Positions 1-13,281 of a stretch of 64,000 nucleotides of DNA are shown one piece after another. The notes below the pieces were generated by a model, which had not been told where the DNA came from, did no database searches, and saw only the letters and a list, made by a program, of their open reading frames with translations. Positions within the stretch are counted from its first letter, which is position 1, and each line of letters begins with the position of its first letter. This stretch comes from Nageia nagi (taxonomy: Eukaryota; Plantae; Pinophyta), in assembly GCA_050084985.1 (NCBI GenBank), contig JBITNC010000001.1:157294001-157358000 (forward strand), read 5' to 3'. Made by a program: the position numbers and the translations under genes.

Positions 1-1059
1 AGAAACATATTTTCTTAGATGATTTGAAAGAAAAATTCATTATGTTATTGATAAATATTGCCAAAGATTTCATTTTCTTCTTATAAACACTATTTATTGG
101 GGAATATTGAGAGGTATTGAAATGTTATCTTTGAGCTTGACATTCATACTATTTCTTCACAAATTACGAGAGAACAGAAAGATAAGAGGTTACAAAGAGA
201 TAAGGTTAAAAGTAAGAAGAGTTTGTCAAAACCAAACATCATAGAAATTCAAAGTATTTTAGAGTTCACCACTCTTTAGGTCCTATTTCTCTAGAGCTAG
301 TTTATTTTCCAGTCTCACTTTCCCAAACTTAGTTTACTTTTACATCTTGTTTTCTCAAGGTTAGTTTATTTTCTGAGCATGGAAAGTAGTTTAAACATAG
401 TTAAGGTTCTTGAAGAAGGTAGTTAGGGTTTTATTTAAACCCAACTTCCTTTTGAAATATAAAAAGGATAAGAAGTCATTTTGTAACTCTATTTGGAAAT
501 TTTGAAAAAAGCATAATAAAAACTTGCAAGTTAATAGGTAAAAAGTTTCATTTTGCTTATTTATTATGAATGTTTCTCTTACAAGATCATTATTATGTTG
601 GATAAATATATTACAAGTTGTAAATAATAATTTGTTTTCTATATTCAAGAATCGATGTCCTTTTACATACTATAACAAGTTGTAAACAATTAAGTTTATA
701 AGAGTGCATGCAATTTTATACAAGTATACCAACATAAGATAAAGTATTAAGAAAAGATAAATACGTTTTTGAACTAAAATTAGAATAACTATAAAATGAC
801 TAAGAGATAAGCCTATCATCATTTCTATCTCTAATCTTGATAATTTGGCACGGATATTTCATCTAAGTTGGAAAACTAAGTGATAATTTTGGTTGAGCTA
901 ATATGTAGGGTTGAACACTCATCTAAATAAGAGAAGTTGGTAAGAAAAATAACACAAGTCTTTTATACATCCAAAGAAATCCAAGTTACTAAGTTGAGGA
1001 CCATCTCTTATAAAAGGAGGATTATATATCCCTTCTTGTCCCCATTTTCCTTAAACCAT

Positions 1060-3960
1060 GCAAGTCTAATGGATGAAGGATGTAAATATTTTAATGGCAT
1101 GAATGAATCTTAATGCATTATTCATGTGATGAATAATTATACATGCATTGTTGACCTTAATGGTTGTGCAAGTTGTTGTGAAGAATCTTTGAATTTCACT
1201 GTGAAAATGCCCATAAAACTTGATAGACATGTATGGAAAACATGGAAGATGCATGATACAAAAAACATTTTATGGACTATAATGATTGGAGGATATGCAA
1301 TTCATGGTTATAATAAGGATGCCTTGAAACTCTGATTCGATGAAGCACTTGGGAATTGCATGTTTTATTTGTTTGGCTAAGTGTTACAAGCATGTTTTTG
1401 ACAACTTACCACTTTTGGACTAGTTTTTGATACTTTGAATTTTTTTAAATTCAATAGTTACTTTCCTTCTTCAAGCCAATTTTTGGATAATATGGTGTAT
1501 TTAAGTCATTTCATATCACATGGTCTATTTAGATCTTTGAGAGGGAGGTTTGAATTTGTTAGAGGTTTCAAATAACATATTTGATGATTCGATCACTTCT
1601 TGAGGTTTGAAATATACTTAGATAATCTCATATCATTTTTACATATCATGTATTGTGTATTTAGATCATCTGATATCATATGATACAATTGCATCATTTC
1701 AAAATATAGGGTAAATGAGGCCAACTTATCACTTTTGGCATAATTGTATAAACATGAAAAATATAGTTTGTCAAATTTTGATGGGTTTGTTACAACAATC
1801 ACATCATCTTAGGGCTATTCTTGGTATGAAGATTATGCAATGTAGATGGAACACAGACATAAAGACAAGCATATAAGATTCAAATATGCTTTACGATTAT
1901 GCTTAAATGATTCAAATATGCTTATAGTTTTAGTTATGCCCAAATGATTTAAATGTGCTCTATAATTTCAACTGTGCTCAAATTATTTAAATATGCTCTA
2001 TGATATTGCTACAACATGTCATAATTTATAAAAACGCAAAGTTTTATTTCATGGATGGTAATGATTGTAGGATATGCAAAAAATGGATTTTCTAAAAAGA
2101 CTTTAACATGATGTAATGATTTTCTATGGACTGTAATGATTGTAGGATATGCAAAAAATAATTTATTATAAAAGGCTTTAGAAAAAATTAAGAAAATGCA
2201 ATTATTAGGTGTGAAGCCAAACTTTACAACCTTTACATATATTCTTGTAGCATGTGCATTATTTGTTGAGATGAATGGTTATGCATACATTGTATACTAG
2301 CTTGGTTGTATAAGCTATCTTGAGGAATATTTGAAATTCATTGCCAAACCTAAAACTTGAAAACTCGATATATGCAAGGATTGGTTGTAATAATAAAGCA
2401 CTACAAGTACAATGAAATAAGCCTATCAATACTTCAAATCCATGAATGATTATTACTCTATTTACACTCATAATGAATGGAACATTATACATATATGGTG
2501 CACATTGAAGAAAGATAGTTTTGACAAGATCTATAAAGAGTCAAGGAATATGGACACTATAGGCACTAAAAACCAATGTGTGCTACTTCATTTTATGTAC
2601 ATGGAAAGCTAAAGTATTATGCTTCACTTTGTGTACACCAAAAACCAAAACATGCTACTATCAACTTGGTTAGACTTCTCTAACAATATTACACAATACA
2701 TAAATGAGTGATCTTCTTGGCCATGTTGGGCATCTAGATGAAGTAAAAGGTAGATAACAGGCTAATAAAATTAAGTAAATCCTTGCTTGTATATCTCATT
2801 TGCTTGCATGCATATTTCACATATTTTTAATATTAATTTGGATGGTAAACTCCCAAACTAAATGTAGGTTTCTATTGCATGCAATTGTGACAACAACCTT
2901 GATAAACATGTATGCATAATGTGGGAACATTAAGATAACAAGAGTATGAACACATAATTTCTTAGATTTTAATGATTGTAGGATATATGCAGGGAATGTA
3001 TTAAACTATTTAAACAAATATAAAATATGAGCATCAATACATGTATGGTTGACCTTCTTAGTCATGTTGGGTATGTAGATGAAGCAAAAGATAAATAACA
3101 TGATAAAACTAGATAAATCATAAGGCTTTGAAATTATGGTTTATGCAAGTTATCTTGAGGGATCTTTGAATTTCATTATCAAAATACCCATGAAACATGA
3201 ATTGGGTATGTGGGTATGTTTACTTGGTGATTGAAATGGAATGTTGTAGTTTGTGAATGATATCTTAAGGGAACTTCAAACTTCATAGCCAAAATACCAA
3301 TTAAATATGATTTGGGTGTGTGGATGTATCTACTTGTTACTTGTAAATCAAATGTTATGGTTCGTGTAAATTAAGGAAGCTTTGCATTTCATTATCAAAA
3401 TACCCGTAAAACCTAAATTAGGTGTGTGGATGTATCTACTCGATGCTTGTAAATTGAATGTTATGGTTCGTGTAAACTATCTTAAGGGAGCTTTGAATTT
3501 CACTATCAAAATCCCCATAAAATCTAAATTGGGTGTGTAGTTGTGTCTACTTGGTGCTTGTAAATTAAATGTCATGGTTTTGAATGCCTTGATGGACATG
3601 TACACAAATGTGGAAGGATATACAATATATGAAAATTATATGACAAGATGCACGATGTAGACACAGTTTCGTGGTTTGCAATGATTGCAAGATATACATA
3701 AAATGGGTTTTTAGATAAGGCCCTAAGATATGTGTGCAAAGTGTGGAAGAATACATAAGGATCAAGAACTGTTTGCAAGAAGCATAATGCAAATTCATAG
3801 TTTCATGGTCTACAATGATTGGAAGATACACACAAAATGGATTTTATGAAAAATACTTTATAAACTTTAATTCTGATGTAAATGTTAGATATTAAACCCT
3901 ATTTTGGAAAATGCTAAAGAATACAAGGAATAGTAATTATTTGATAAGATTACATGTAAA
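1060..3960 (+). pseudogene. Fragmented PLS/E-class pentatricopeptide repeat (PPR) pseudogene
   Basis: Recognisable PPR pieces in shifting frames with many stops: YTCIVDL..G..EESLNFTVKMP and WTIMIGGYAIHGYNKDALKL (1126-1335); W.VMIVGYAKN..MQLLGVKPNFTTFTYILVACA (~2050-2260); NVMVLNALMDMY..CG..KLYDKMHDVDTVSWFAMIARY..NGFLDKAL (~3570-3725). Confidence 0.85.
3130..3575 (+). repeat. Four ~110-bp tandem copies of a PPR S/E-motif segment
   Basis: Units begin near 3162, 3275, 3380 and 3490 (CTTTGAATTTCATTATCAAAATACCC...TTGGGTGTGTGGATGT.TCTACTTGGTGCTTGTAAAT), encoding roughly LNFIIKIP.K..LGVW.CLLGAC. Confidence 0.8.
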
Positions 3961-4807
3961 AGTGTGGAAGAATACCTACCAATGCCTCCACTCACTTTTA
4001 CTCATCTATCCTCTCCTCCACCCCCTTGTGTATGCAAAAAACTTGAAATGCTCATTCCAACCTCTCCTCTCCTCTACCCCCTTGCCTCAGTAAACTTGAA
4101 AAACTCAAATGCCTGATAACTTTCCAAGTTTCCCTCCTAAGTTCCTTGCATGGTTTTATTTTATTTTTTTTGTTGATATTAAGGGGTGGTTTTGACCTGT
4201 CTCATTATGATTTATTGTGGTATTTTAATGCCAGCTTGTGAAAACCACTACTAAAACCCAAAAATGAGGTAATTTAAAACCATGATTCCATTTTTGTTGT
4301 AATGTGTGGCCAATTATCATTGGAAGTATTATTATTTTTATTAGAAATGGGTTTAAAGGGACGTTAAAATATATCTTTCTATCTTTAAATATTCTATAAA
4401 TTTATTTCATTAGGGTTTTAAAATTATGAATGAAATTAAGAGACAACTTGTAAAACTATTAAGGGCATGCATGATAAATTTAAGTGAAAAGAGTTTGATT
4501 TGTATTATTCCATCATAAATGAAGGTTATGCAAGTTGTATGGAAGGTGTGTAATTAAAGAATAAGATATTTCTTTCCCTTAGAACTTTTAAATTTAGTAA
4601 TGTGAAAATCAAATAGAAATGAATAATAGACTATATCATGAGATATGAGGCTACTCATAAGGCTAACATAACCTAAGTGAGCATTTTTAAAAGTGTAAGG
4701 ATTATTTGTGAGTTCTTATTTCAAGAATATTGTTTTATCTTAATATTATTATGAAATAGTGCATGTTACATTCAACTTAAAAGATTGAGAACTAATAGGC
4801 TTTATAG

Positions 4808-7490
4808 GTAGGCTATGACAATCTTTCAAAGCTTAGGCCTTTTAGTATCACTCCTGATAATCATATTGAGTTTAAAGGTCTAAAGTTTCAACTGAAACCT
4901 TTCTATGAGTCTGTAATCCCTCTGTACTCAGCTCCTAGAAAGAGAAAAAAATTGAATTGGATCCCAAAAGTTATTAGAATGAATACTTATAATCTCAATG
5001 AGATTATTGAAAAAATAAAAAGGGATCTATGCTCAGAAGACCCAACAACCTTCAGACACAGAAAGGAACATGAATGCAGAATTGATCTCAAGATGGTTGA
5101 GAAAAATGGTAAGGTGTCTGAACCTGTATTTAAAGCACATTACATTAGTTTTAGCCCATCCCTCAGGAAAGAATGTGATGAAGAGATCCAAGATATCTTG
5201 AAAAAAGGTTTGATTGAAGAATCTAGCTCCCCTTAGGCTTGTGTTGGATTCTATGTAAATAAAAGGTCTGAACAAGTGTGTGGAAAGAAAAGGCTTGTCA
5301 TAAACTATAAGCCTTTAAATCAATATGTAATTTCTGTCTAACATCCTATTCCCTCCAAGGATGATATACTCAGAAGATTAGAAAATGCAGTAGTATTTTC
5401 TAAATTTGATCTTAAGTTAGGATTTTGGCAGATAAAAGTCAGACAAGAAGATCGACCTAAGACAGCATTCGTTATCCCAGGAGGCCAATATCAGTGGACG
5501 GTCCTACCTTTTGGCTTGAAAATTACTCCCTCTATTTTTCAGAAGGTAATGGACTCCATTTTTGGTAAATACAACAGCTTCATTTGTACATATATAGATA
5601 ATATCTTGGTATTTAGCAAAGACATAAAACAACTTCTGAAACATCTGGAAGAATTCTATACTCTTTACTATAATAATGGATTGGTACTATCTGAAAAGAA
5701 AATAGTATTCTATACAGAATCTATAGAATTCTTAGGTTTGAAGATTTGGCGGTATAGTAAAGCTCCAGGAACATGTGTTCACAAAGATTCAAAATTTCCC
5801 TGATGAGATATTATCTGTGAATCAACTACAAAGGTTCCTAGGATGTGTGAATTATATTGCAGGATATTATCAGATAGTTGCAATAGACAGGCTCCTACTG
5901 AATAAAAGAATTAAAAAGGATGCTCCTGAATGGAATTTTGAGATGATCGAAGTAGTCAGAAGAATTAAACAAAAATGTAAGGATTTGCCTGAAATGTCTC
6001 TACCAGGATCAGGAAAGAAAGTAATAGAGACAGATGCTAGTGACAAGTACTGGGGTGCAGTACTTAAAGAACAAACTGCAACAGGTGAGAAGCTTTGTAG
6101 ATATGCATCTAGCACATTCTCTGGTGCTCAGCTGAATTATGCTTCTCCGCATAAAGAAATTCTTGCAGCCATAAAAGTCATCAAGTCATTCCAATTTTTT
6201 GTGCAATCATAAAAATTTATTCTCAGATCTAACTTGAATAACTTCAAAAGTTTTTTGCAGAAAAAATTTGATAAATGCTCAGAAAACAATAGACTCCTCA
6301 GATGGAGTTTATGGTTTGACAATTATGACATTGAATATGAGCATATCCCTAATAAGAAAAATTGTATAGTTGATTTTCTTACTAGAGAATTCAATGTAAA
6401 TATGGTTTCACCATGGAAAGCAGAGTGGGTTGTTACATGTACTATACCAGAGCTTCACAATGTAGATCCCAAAAACACTATAGACTGGTATACACATGAA
6501 TTATTCACAGAACGAAGGATTGGTGTATCTCTCCCCACTGGAGAAGTTGTAAATGTACCAGCCACTATCCCTGTACATACTCATACCATAGATCATGCAA
6601 GTGGTTCCAGGGCATTGCTTTCTTATTTAGATGATATTTATTGCAATCCTGTCTGAGGATACATAGATGATATTCCATTTGTAAGAAGAATAACGATTTT
6701 CATTAATCGTATCAGAGGAATCCATCAATGGCTGACTCAAGACCCATTTCAAGAAGTATACATCAGCGGGTTCAAACTGACATACGAATAGTATAAGGGA
6801 CATTTCTTCACCTTACTTGCTTATCAAAATAGATTAATGTCTCACTCTTATTTTGTAGGTTTGGGAACTAATCTAAGATAGAATTCTGAAGAAATCTCAG
6901 ATTGGTTCGAACACTGGTTCATGCAGTTTGGAATTACAGTCGAGCAAAGTCCACCAGAATATGCTGGTCTAACGCCTAATGAACACTTCAATGAAATGAT
7001 TGATATACATGCTACGTGGCTCTTGCGATGGCATTGGATCTTTGAAGATGTTACTCTTGTAGACGGAAGTCACACCACAATACTTTCACGAGAAATTCTT
7101 ACTAAGTGGTATAGCTTTGACGAAAGATTGTAGTGAGCCATAACCCACGTTAAACATATTGGCCGACAAGAGATCTCGATTAAGAATCTCTCGGGAGTGC
7201 CCGTAACAGCATCCTTATCCACTAGGGGCATTAGTGGAAACTTTTTATATTCCTTGCCCACTTGGGATGTAAGTGGATGATACATGTCAATAAGTTATCC
7301 ATTTAGCTCACGATGGAATAACTTTATATCTAGATCATGTTACTATAGCAAATATGGTGTGTAATGGATGGCTCAGATTTAGATTTGAAGCATCTTATTG
7401 TAAGCCATCGATCTTATTCTTGAGTCCTATAAGTAAGACATTCGGGCTCATTTGTAAGCATCGGTTATTACAAAAATAAATAATAAAAAT
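4808..7490 (+). mobile_element. Endogenous caulimovirid (Florendovirus/Gymnendovirus-like): end of protease, RT, RNase H, C-terminal domain and 3' intergenic region; decayed
   Basis: CSEDPTTFRHRKEH; EIQDILKKGLIEESSSP*ACVGFYVNKRSEQVCGKKRLVINYKPLN; FSKFDLKLGFWQI; VLPFGLKITPSIFQ; YIDNILVFS (YIDD mutated); IETDASDKYWGAVL; RLLRWSLW..DFLTREF. No integrase follows. One frameshift near 5745 and several stops. Confidence 0.92.
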
Positions 7491-7647
7491 GCCATAAAAC
7501 TTTGAATTGGGATTATAACAATATTTGTAGAAAATATTATAGTCTTTGAATGAGATTTGAAAATGTTGTTATGCTTTGGAAAAAGTTGCATTGAGTGGAG
7601 ACAGTTTTTAGCTTTTACCCATGCTGATATTAAAAAAAAAAATCGAC

Positions 7648-7655
7648 TTTCCCGC
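7648..7655 (+). promoter_or_regulatory. E2F-binding site TTTCCCGC in the TOP3A proximal promoter
   Basis: Exact TTTCCCGC followed by TCCCGCC, ~230 bp upstream of the ATG, in an otherwise CpG-poor context. E2F sites are typical of plant replication and repair genes. Confidence 0.6.
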
Positions 7656-7886
7656 TCCCGCCTGCTTGCTACGGTTCTAAAACAAATCTCAATCACAGAC
7701 ATCGATATTGATCTCAGAAGAGAGGAGAATAACCTTACAGAAGTATTGGTTTACCGGTAAAAATTTGTAAATTCGGCTATAAATTTTATGGAGGTGAGCA
7801 GGGATGAGCTTTGATTCCTGCTTCTGAGCTGGATTCCGTTTTCAGCATATTCTAGTCGATGTTTTTGATTTGGATTTGTTGAAGAG

Positions 7887-8165
7887 ATGGTGATTAGGGT
7901 TCTGAATGTGGCCGAGAAGCCATCTGTGGCGAAGACGGTGGCGGGAATTCTTTCGTACAGTAATTACAGAACGCGGGATGGCCGTTCTCCTTACAATAAA
8001 ATCTTTGAATTTAACTATACTATAAACGGGCAGGCGTGCCATATGCTCATGACTTCTGTCACAGGCCATCTCATGGAGGTGGACTTCCATGATGAATACC
8101 GCAAGTGGTATTCATGTGATCCTGCTGCTCTTTACCAGGCACCAATAAAAAAATTTGTCCCGCAG
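7887..8165 (+). CDS. TOP3A: DNA topoisomerase 3-alpha, exon 1
   Basis: [16 protein letters not shown]...MTSVTGHL...FVPQ (TOPRIM N-terminus), 93 codons, donor CAG|GTATGA, phase 0. Confidence 0.95.
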
Positions 8166-10049
8166 GTATGATGCTTATACTGATTACGTTGTAGTCTCTT
8201 ATGTTGATGTGAGCATTGCTGGAAGGAGGGGAAATTATAAGGGTCCAGAAATTTAGGCCAATGTTTTCATTTTGAAAACTAAGAGCTCATGTGGGGAATA
8301 CCACAATTGTTTTCGCTGTTCTTGCAGAGAAATTGGAGGAAGATTTCATCTTACTTAAGCGTCTCATACAATCAAAGCCAAAAACTTAACAACAAAACAT
8401 AGCAAAATAGCTCTGAAGCGGAAATTTGTAGTCCCATTTTTCAACTCTTTTACACATTTCCTCGCCTTCTGCAACAAAAAAAACTAGCGACCTTTTTGCT
8501 CAACATACATTATGGCAATTTTATTTTCACATTCACTGTAAATTGATTGTAGCTTCGAAAATGCTCTCTACAATGCCTCTACTTTAACCTATCCATTCTT
8601 TTTGGACGCTTATAACAACTAAGGTACTACTCTTCAGAACTGGAATTCAGATCTGTTCTATCAACTAAACCGCTAGTCTCTCAGGATTTGAACCATAATC
8701 ATTCCTTGGTTAGGTCATAATGTGATCAAAAAATGAAAAATGTCTTAAAATTATATATATTTATCATGAAATTTTAGCAATTCGTTTAGAAAAAGCTGTT
8801 GACTTGCAAGAGTGTTTTTTCAATTTTGTTTTCAAAACTTTAGCGACTAACAAAAAATCGTCAGTAAAAAATGCAATAGTTGAAGAAGAGTATGGGAAAG
8901 GAGAAGTGGTGAGTACGGGCTTAGTTGTTTGTTTTTCTGTTCCCACTGAAGCACAGAATTTGCCACATGAAGAATGTAGAAGTTGACCTTATTTTGTGTG
9001 AGATTCCATCATTACCCCAAGAGCTGAAAACAAGTGATAGCATGGAATGAGCATGTTCTTTGTAGGAAAGTAGGTGATATTGATTGCTTTGTTTTTTTTA
9101 AGCTTTGAGTTGCATGTGAAGACTCGTGCTGAATAGGGAGCTTAGAGCAAACACTAGATCAAAAAAATAATGTATGCTGCAGTTGATTTACATTGGTGGA
9201 TTATTTTATTTGTGCTGAGCTAAAAAATCTATTTTATACTTCAAAGGGTGAAAATTCCAAAGTTTGATAAATTAGAAGATAAATAAGAAAGTGATAATTC
9301 AGGAGAGAGCGCTGTTTGTAATATTTTTTGGACATCACTTAATTGTCCCTTATGTTGTGCAGTTATAATTGTGTTCCACCTATGGATGATGTCTGATTGA
9401 TTGATTTTGTTGGGATGAAATAGAAACTTATAATTTGCAAAATATATTAAGTGAAAATATTAATGCAATTGGATTTGAAGATGATCATGTATGGATAAAA
9501 TTAAGGGATAGAGTTTATTGATGTCAAGGCACTTAAGTCAAGTTGCAAATAGCCCAAAAGAGGCACAAAGACTTGAATGTTGGTGTTTTGGCACTTTTGA
9601 CACAGGTTTCAAGGAGGGAGGTTCTAGAATGTTGGTGGTTTGGGAATTTTCTAGTAATGCCTTGAAATTTGTGCTAGAGGTGTGTGATGGTTCAGGTCTC
9701 AATTACCGAATTCATCAAATTTTGTGAATGAAATTTGAATTTGGTATTTGGCCGAACAAATTTGGCAAATTGCATACTTTATTTGCCTTTAAAAGATGCA
9801 TAAGAGGTTTAGAAATGAGTGAGAAGTGCATGTGGGGAAAATGATCGTTGCCGTGTGCAAGGCCATCGTGGTCGAGCATAGTTGCGGCCCTTGTGAGAGG
9901 CTATTGCAGTCAAAGTAGGGTTGTGGCTTGCATGAGGTTGTTGTAGTTGACTTTGGTTATGGCCCTTGCATGTAGCCAAGCTTGCAGTTGTGTGCTTGTA
10001 ATTTATTTATTTATTTCTTTTTATTGATATTTAAAGGGAAGGAATTTTC

Positions 10050-11700
10050 ATTGTTAGAGGTATTGTTGCTTCCTCACCATAGACCAAGAAAAATGGAGTT
10101 ACATCGATTGATGTTCTAATTCCAGTTTTGTAGGCCTAAAGTGTAATGGGAGTTGATTATTCTAATCTTTTCCGTGTTTTGCCATTGTTTTGGATAGGAT
10201 GTTGATGACAATCTTGTTTGTTGGTTCTGTTTGGTCATTACTTTGATAATAGTAAGATGTAGAAAATTTCTGCTCAATGTGGTACTTCTTGCAAAATGCC
10301 TTTCATCTCTTTGCATGCAAAGTTTTTCCATTATCCATGATGAGTTGGAATGGAAATCTAAATCTTGCGATGATATTATCGATGATGAACTTTATGATAT
10401 ATTTGCTTTTGTTGATACCAATGGTATTTGCTTCAACCCACTTGGTGAATTATTTCATTGCTATTATGATAAACATGTGATTATCTTATAAGCGAGGATT
10501 CATTATTCTTATAATATCTATGCTCCATGTAGAGTTTGGCCATGGAGTTACGATGTTGTTTAAGTCTTGTGTTGGGGTATGGTTTAGATTGACTTGTTTT
10601 TGACATTTATCACATTTTTTGACGAACTTGTGGCAATGTTGCTCCATGGTTGACCAGTAATAACCTATGTACTATAAATTTTGAGTTATTAATATATTTG
10701 TTGAAATGGCCATTGCAAGTACCTTCATGTGATTGTTCCATAACTAAATCAATTTTGTTGCCCTTGAGGCACCTTAACAATGTTCCTTTAAATGATCTTC
10801 TATAGATGGTATCTCATGGATATCTTACTTTGCTGTTGATTTTTTGGGTTTAATACTTGCATAAATAGTTTGGTACCATTTATGCTTTATATTGCTATTG
10901 TGGGCATTAATACAAACTTTATAAAAGTCGTTGATTATGTCTTCTATATTTGATGGCTTGCTTATATTTCCGATTATCAATACTATTGACTTGTCTTCAA
11001 TGTTAATGGGGGCTAGAGAAATTGCACTAGCCTTGGTATTCACATACTTGTTATTTCTTAGAACATTATTACTTTCATAGTCATCAAAATGCTGCGATAA
11101 TTTGGACACCATGTCTTTGTATAGGATTAACTTTTCATCTTTTATGTTATAAAATTCCTTCACTTGATTCACAACTAATCATGAATTCGTGATAATTATG
11201 GTTTTGAGTATTTTCAGTGTGATTGATGCTTTGATACCCAAGATGAGGGCTTCATATTCAACAATATTGATGGTACATGCATAACTGAACTTGAAGGCCA
11301 TAGGGGTTACACCATTATTTGAGTAAATGAGAACAATTGTTGCCCTTGCCCCATGGGTGTGCTTGGAGCCATCAAAATATTTTTCATATGTTGTCTTTAT
11401 TTTATATAAAATTCAAAATTCACATACTCATATGGAAATTCTTCATTAGTGGCATCAACATCACTAGGAGCATCAACAAGATAATCAACAATAGCTTGTT
11501 CTTTTCTTGATTTTTGATTTATGAAAAGTAGAGCAAATTCTTGCAAAAGCATTACCCATTTAGAAACTCTATTTGAAAGGTAGAGTTTAAATCAAATGGA
11601 CTTGAGTGAATGTGCATTTGCTATAAGTTGTCTTATTCAATATGCAATGTCATAACTTTTATGTTGCAAAAGCTATAACAAAACATATCATTTTAATTAG
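10050..11700 (-). mobile_element. Degenerate Ty3/gypsy Tat (Ogre/Retand-like) pol fragment, order RH - additional RNase H - integrase
   Basis: Minus-strand reads LLQEF..QAIVDYLVDAP (~11560-11460), YFDGSK...EYEALILG (~11380-11230), NQVKEFYNIKDEKLILYK (11172), then integrase FTKWVEA...MDNG (~10450-10320). Confidence 0.75.
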
Positions 11701-12650
11701 AGTATATTATAATTGTTAGAATCAAAATCGAGAAAAAATCATTTGGTTGGATAAATCGGATTAATTGAGAATCAACAAATAAAAAAAATAGAGAATTTTC
11801 TCGATTTTGACATTTAAACAAATTATTTTTAGCTAGCTCTCAATATTCGTTCTCCAAACCTTTTTATGCTCCTCAATAATTCCTCTAATGTGTAAGGCAA
11901 CATCCTCGAGTATAGGCCCTCCCAAGTCATGGTAAGTTGGTGCGTTGAACCTAGGAGCACAAACTATAATTGCATTAACCATGTAGGGCCAATACGGCAA
12001 ATTTGCCACATTGAAAGGAATGTTAAAGTAATACCAAAAATTTCTCATTGACTTTTTGGCTTCTTTAAACTTATCCTTATTCTGTGTTGAATCAAGTGTG
12101 GTTTGGCCATCACAAGGAATGAAGAAATCACACTTCATTGCACTACTAGTTCATGCAAAAATTGAAATGCTAGGTGGATGCTTAATCCTGCTAGTTTGTT
12201 CTATATTGGCATTGCCATCCTCATGGGTAGCCATATAAGAAGGAAAGTTTGGGGGTAGAGGTGGATGTGGAGCCGTATCTTCTTGTGTCCTTTTGTTTGC
12301 CTCCCTTTTTAATTGTTGAACCTCCAAGTAGGCATTCATTTGCCTAGTTACATTAATATCCACCTTGGGGCAAGATCTAACATCTTGTCTAGGGGTTCCT
12401 GCCAAATTATACTTCATCTTGAATACACCTCCAATAACAACTTCCTCACAGTATTTGCAAATGTTACTGCTTCTTTTTCTTGTTTCTTTGTAATGAGCCC
12501 AAACAGGGTCCCTCCTTTGCCCTTGTGAACTCATACCCATAGTTGTAAAAACAAAACAAAAAGAACAAAAACAAATAACACAATGTCACAAAAGGTAAGC
12601 AATCATAGAAATTGGAAAAAAATAACAAATTTACCCACTAAAAATCACAG
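11700..12650 (-). mobile_element. Truncated hAT DNA transposon (BED zinc finger plus N-terminal transposase)
   Basis: RRDPVWAHY...CKYCEEVVIGGVFKMKYNLAG...SCPKV (BED finger) and FWYYFNIPFNVAN.PYW..MVNAI...PTYHDLGGPIL. Confidence 0.85.
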
Positions 12651-12789
12651 ATAAACTTTAGGCTCTTGAACCATTTCAAGAATGCAAATGAGAGGGTGAA
12701 CTTACCATAATTCATTCATCACTCCATGCAAATATCAATGCAGAAAGTAAAGAATAGTCAAGAGGACTTCCCTCTACATCAAACGGTAA

Positions 12790-13281
12790 TTAAGTTGGTC
12801 TACGACATGCATTTAGCAAATTAAGGTCTTTGTATGACCTTAAGTAGGCACCTTGAGCTTGGTATGAGAAGATTTTTTTGCCTTTCTTATCAACTTAGGA
12901 TTTAATAGATGCATCTTGAAGACAATGTGTATATTAGGAGGCAAGGTGATCATGTGTTAATACTTGTACTCTATGTGGGTATTTTGATTATTACTGAAAA
13001 TTCTTTGTCACAAGTCAAAGCATTGAAGGATAGGTTGAAGAAGAGTTTTGAGATGATGGATTTTAGCCTAGCACACTACTTTCTTGGTTTGCAAGTATAG
13101 TAGTTGGATCACAAAATTGCTGTTTCTCAATCTTAGTATGCCTTGGACAATTTGCAAAAATTCTCAATTTAATTATTATAATCACATTGTTTTCCCTATG
13201 CTATCTAGAATGAAAGTTGGAGAGAATGTTTCTAATGATACTAAAGTGGATGGGACTCTTTATAGGTTTTATTGTTGGAAG
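12790..13281 (+). mobile_element. Ty1/copia reverse transcriptase remnant, 5' half
   Basis: SLYDLK*AP*AWYEK; DNVY...LILVLYVGILII; LKKSFEMMDFSLAHYFLGLQV. Continues at 39430. Confidence 0.85.

Noticed and set aside
4952-6390. Calling the RT-RNase H a Ty3/gypsy pol
   Set aside because: It has caulimovirid signatures (RLVINYKPLN, FSKFDLK.GFWQI) and no integrase or LTRs.
7842-8090. 82-aa antisense ORF over TOP3A exon 1
   Set aside because: A shadow of the real coding frame with no recognisable motif.
8400-8900. Possible CACTA/MITE remnant (TAGCGA motifs)
   Set aside because: No terminal inverted repeats or TSD could be defined.
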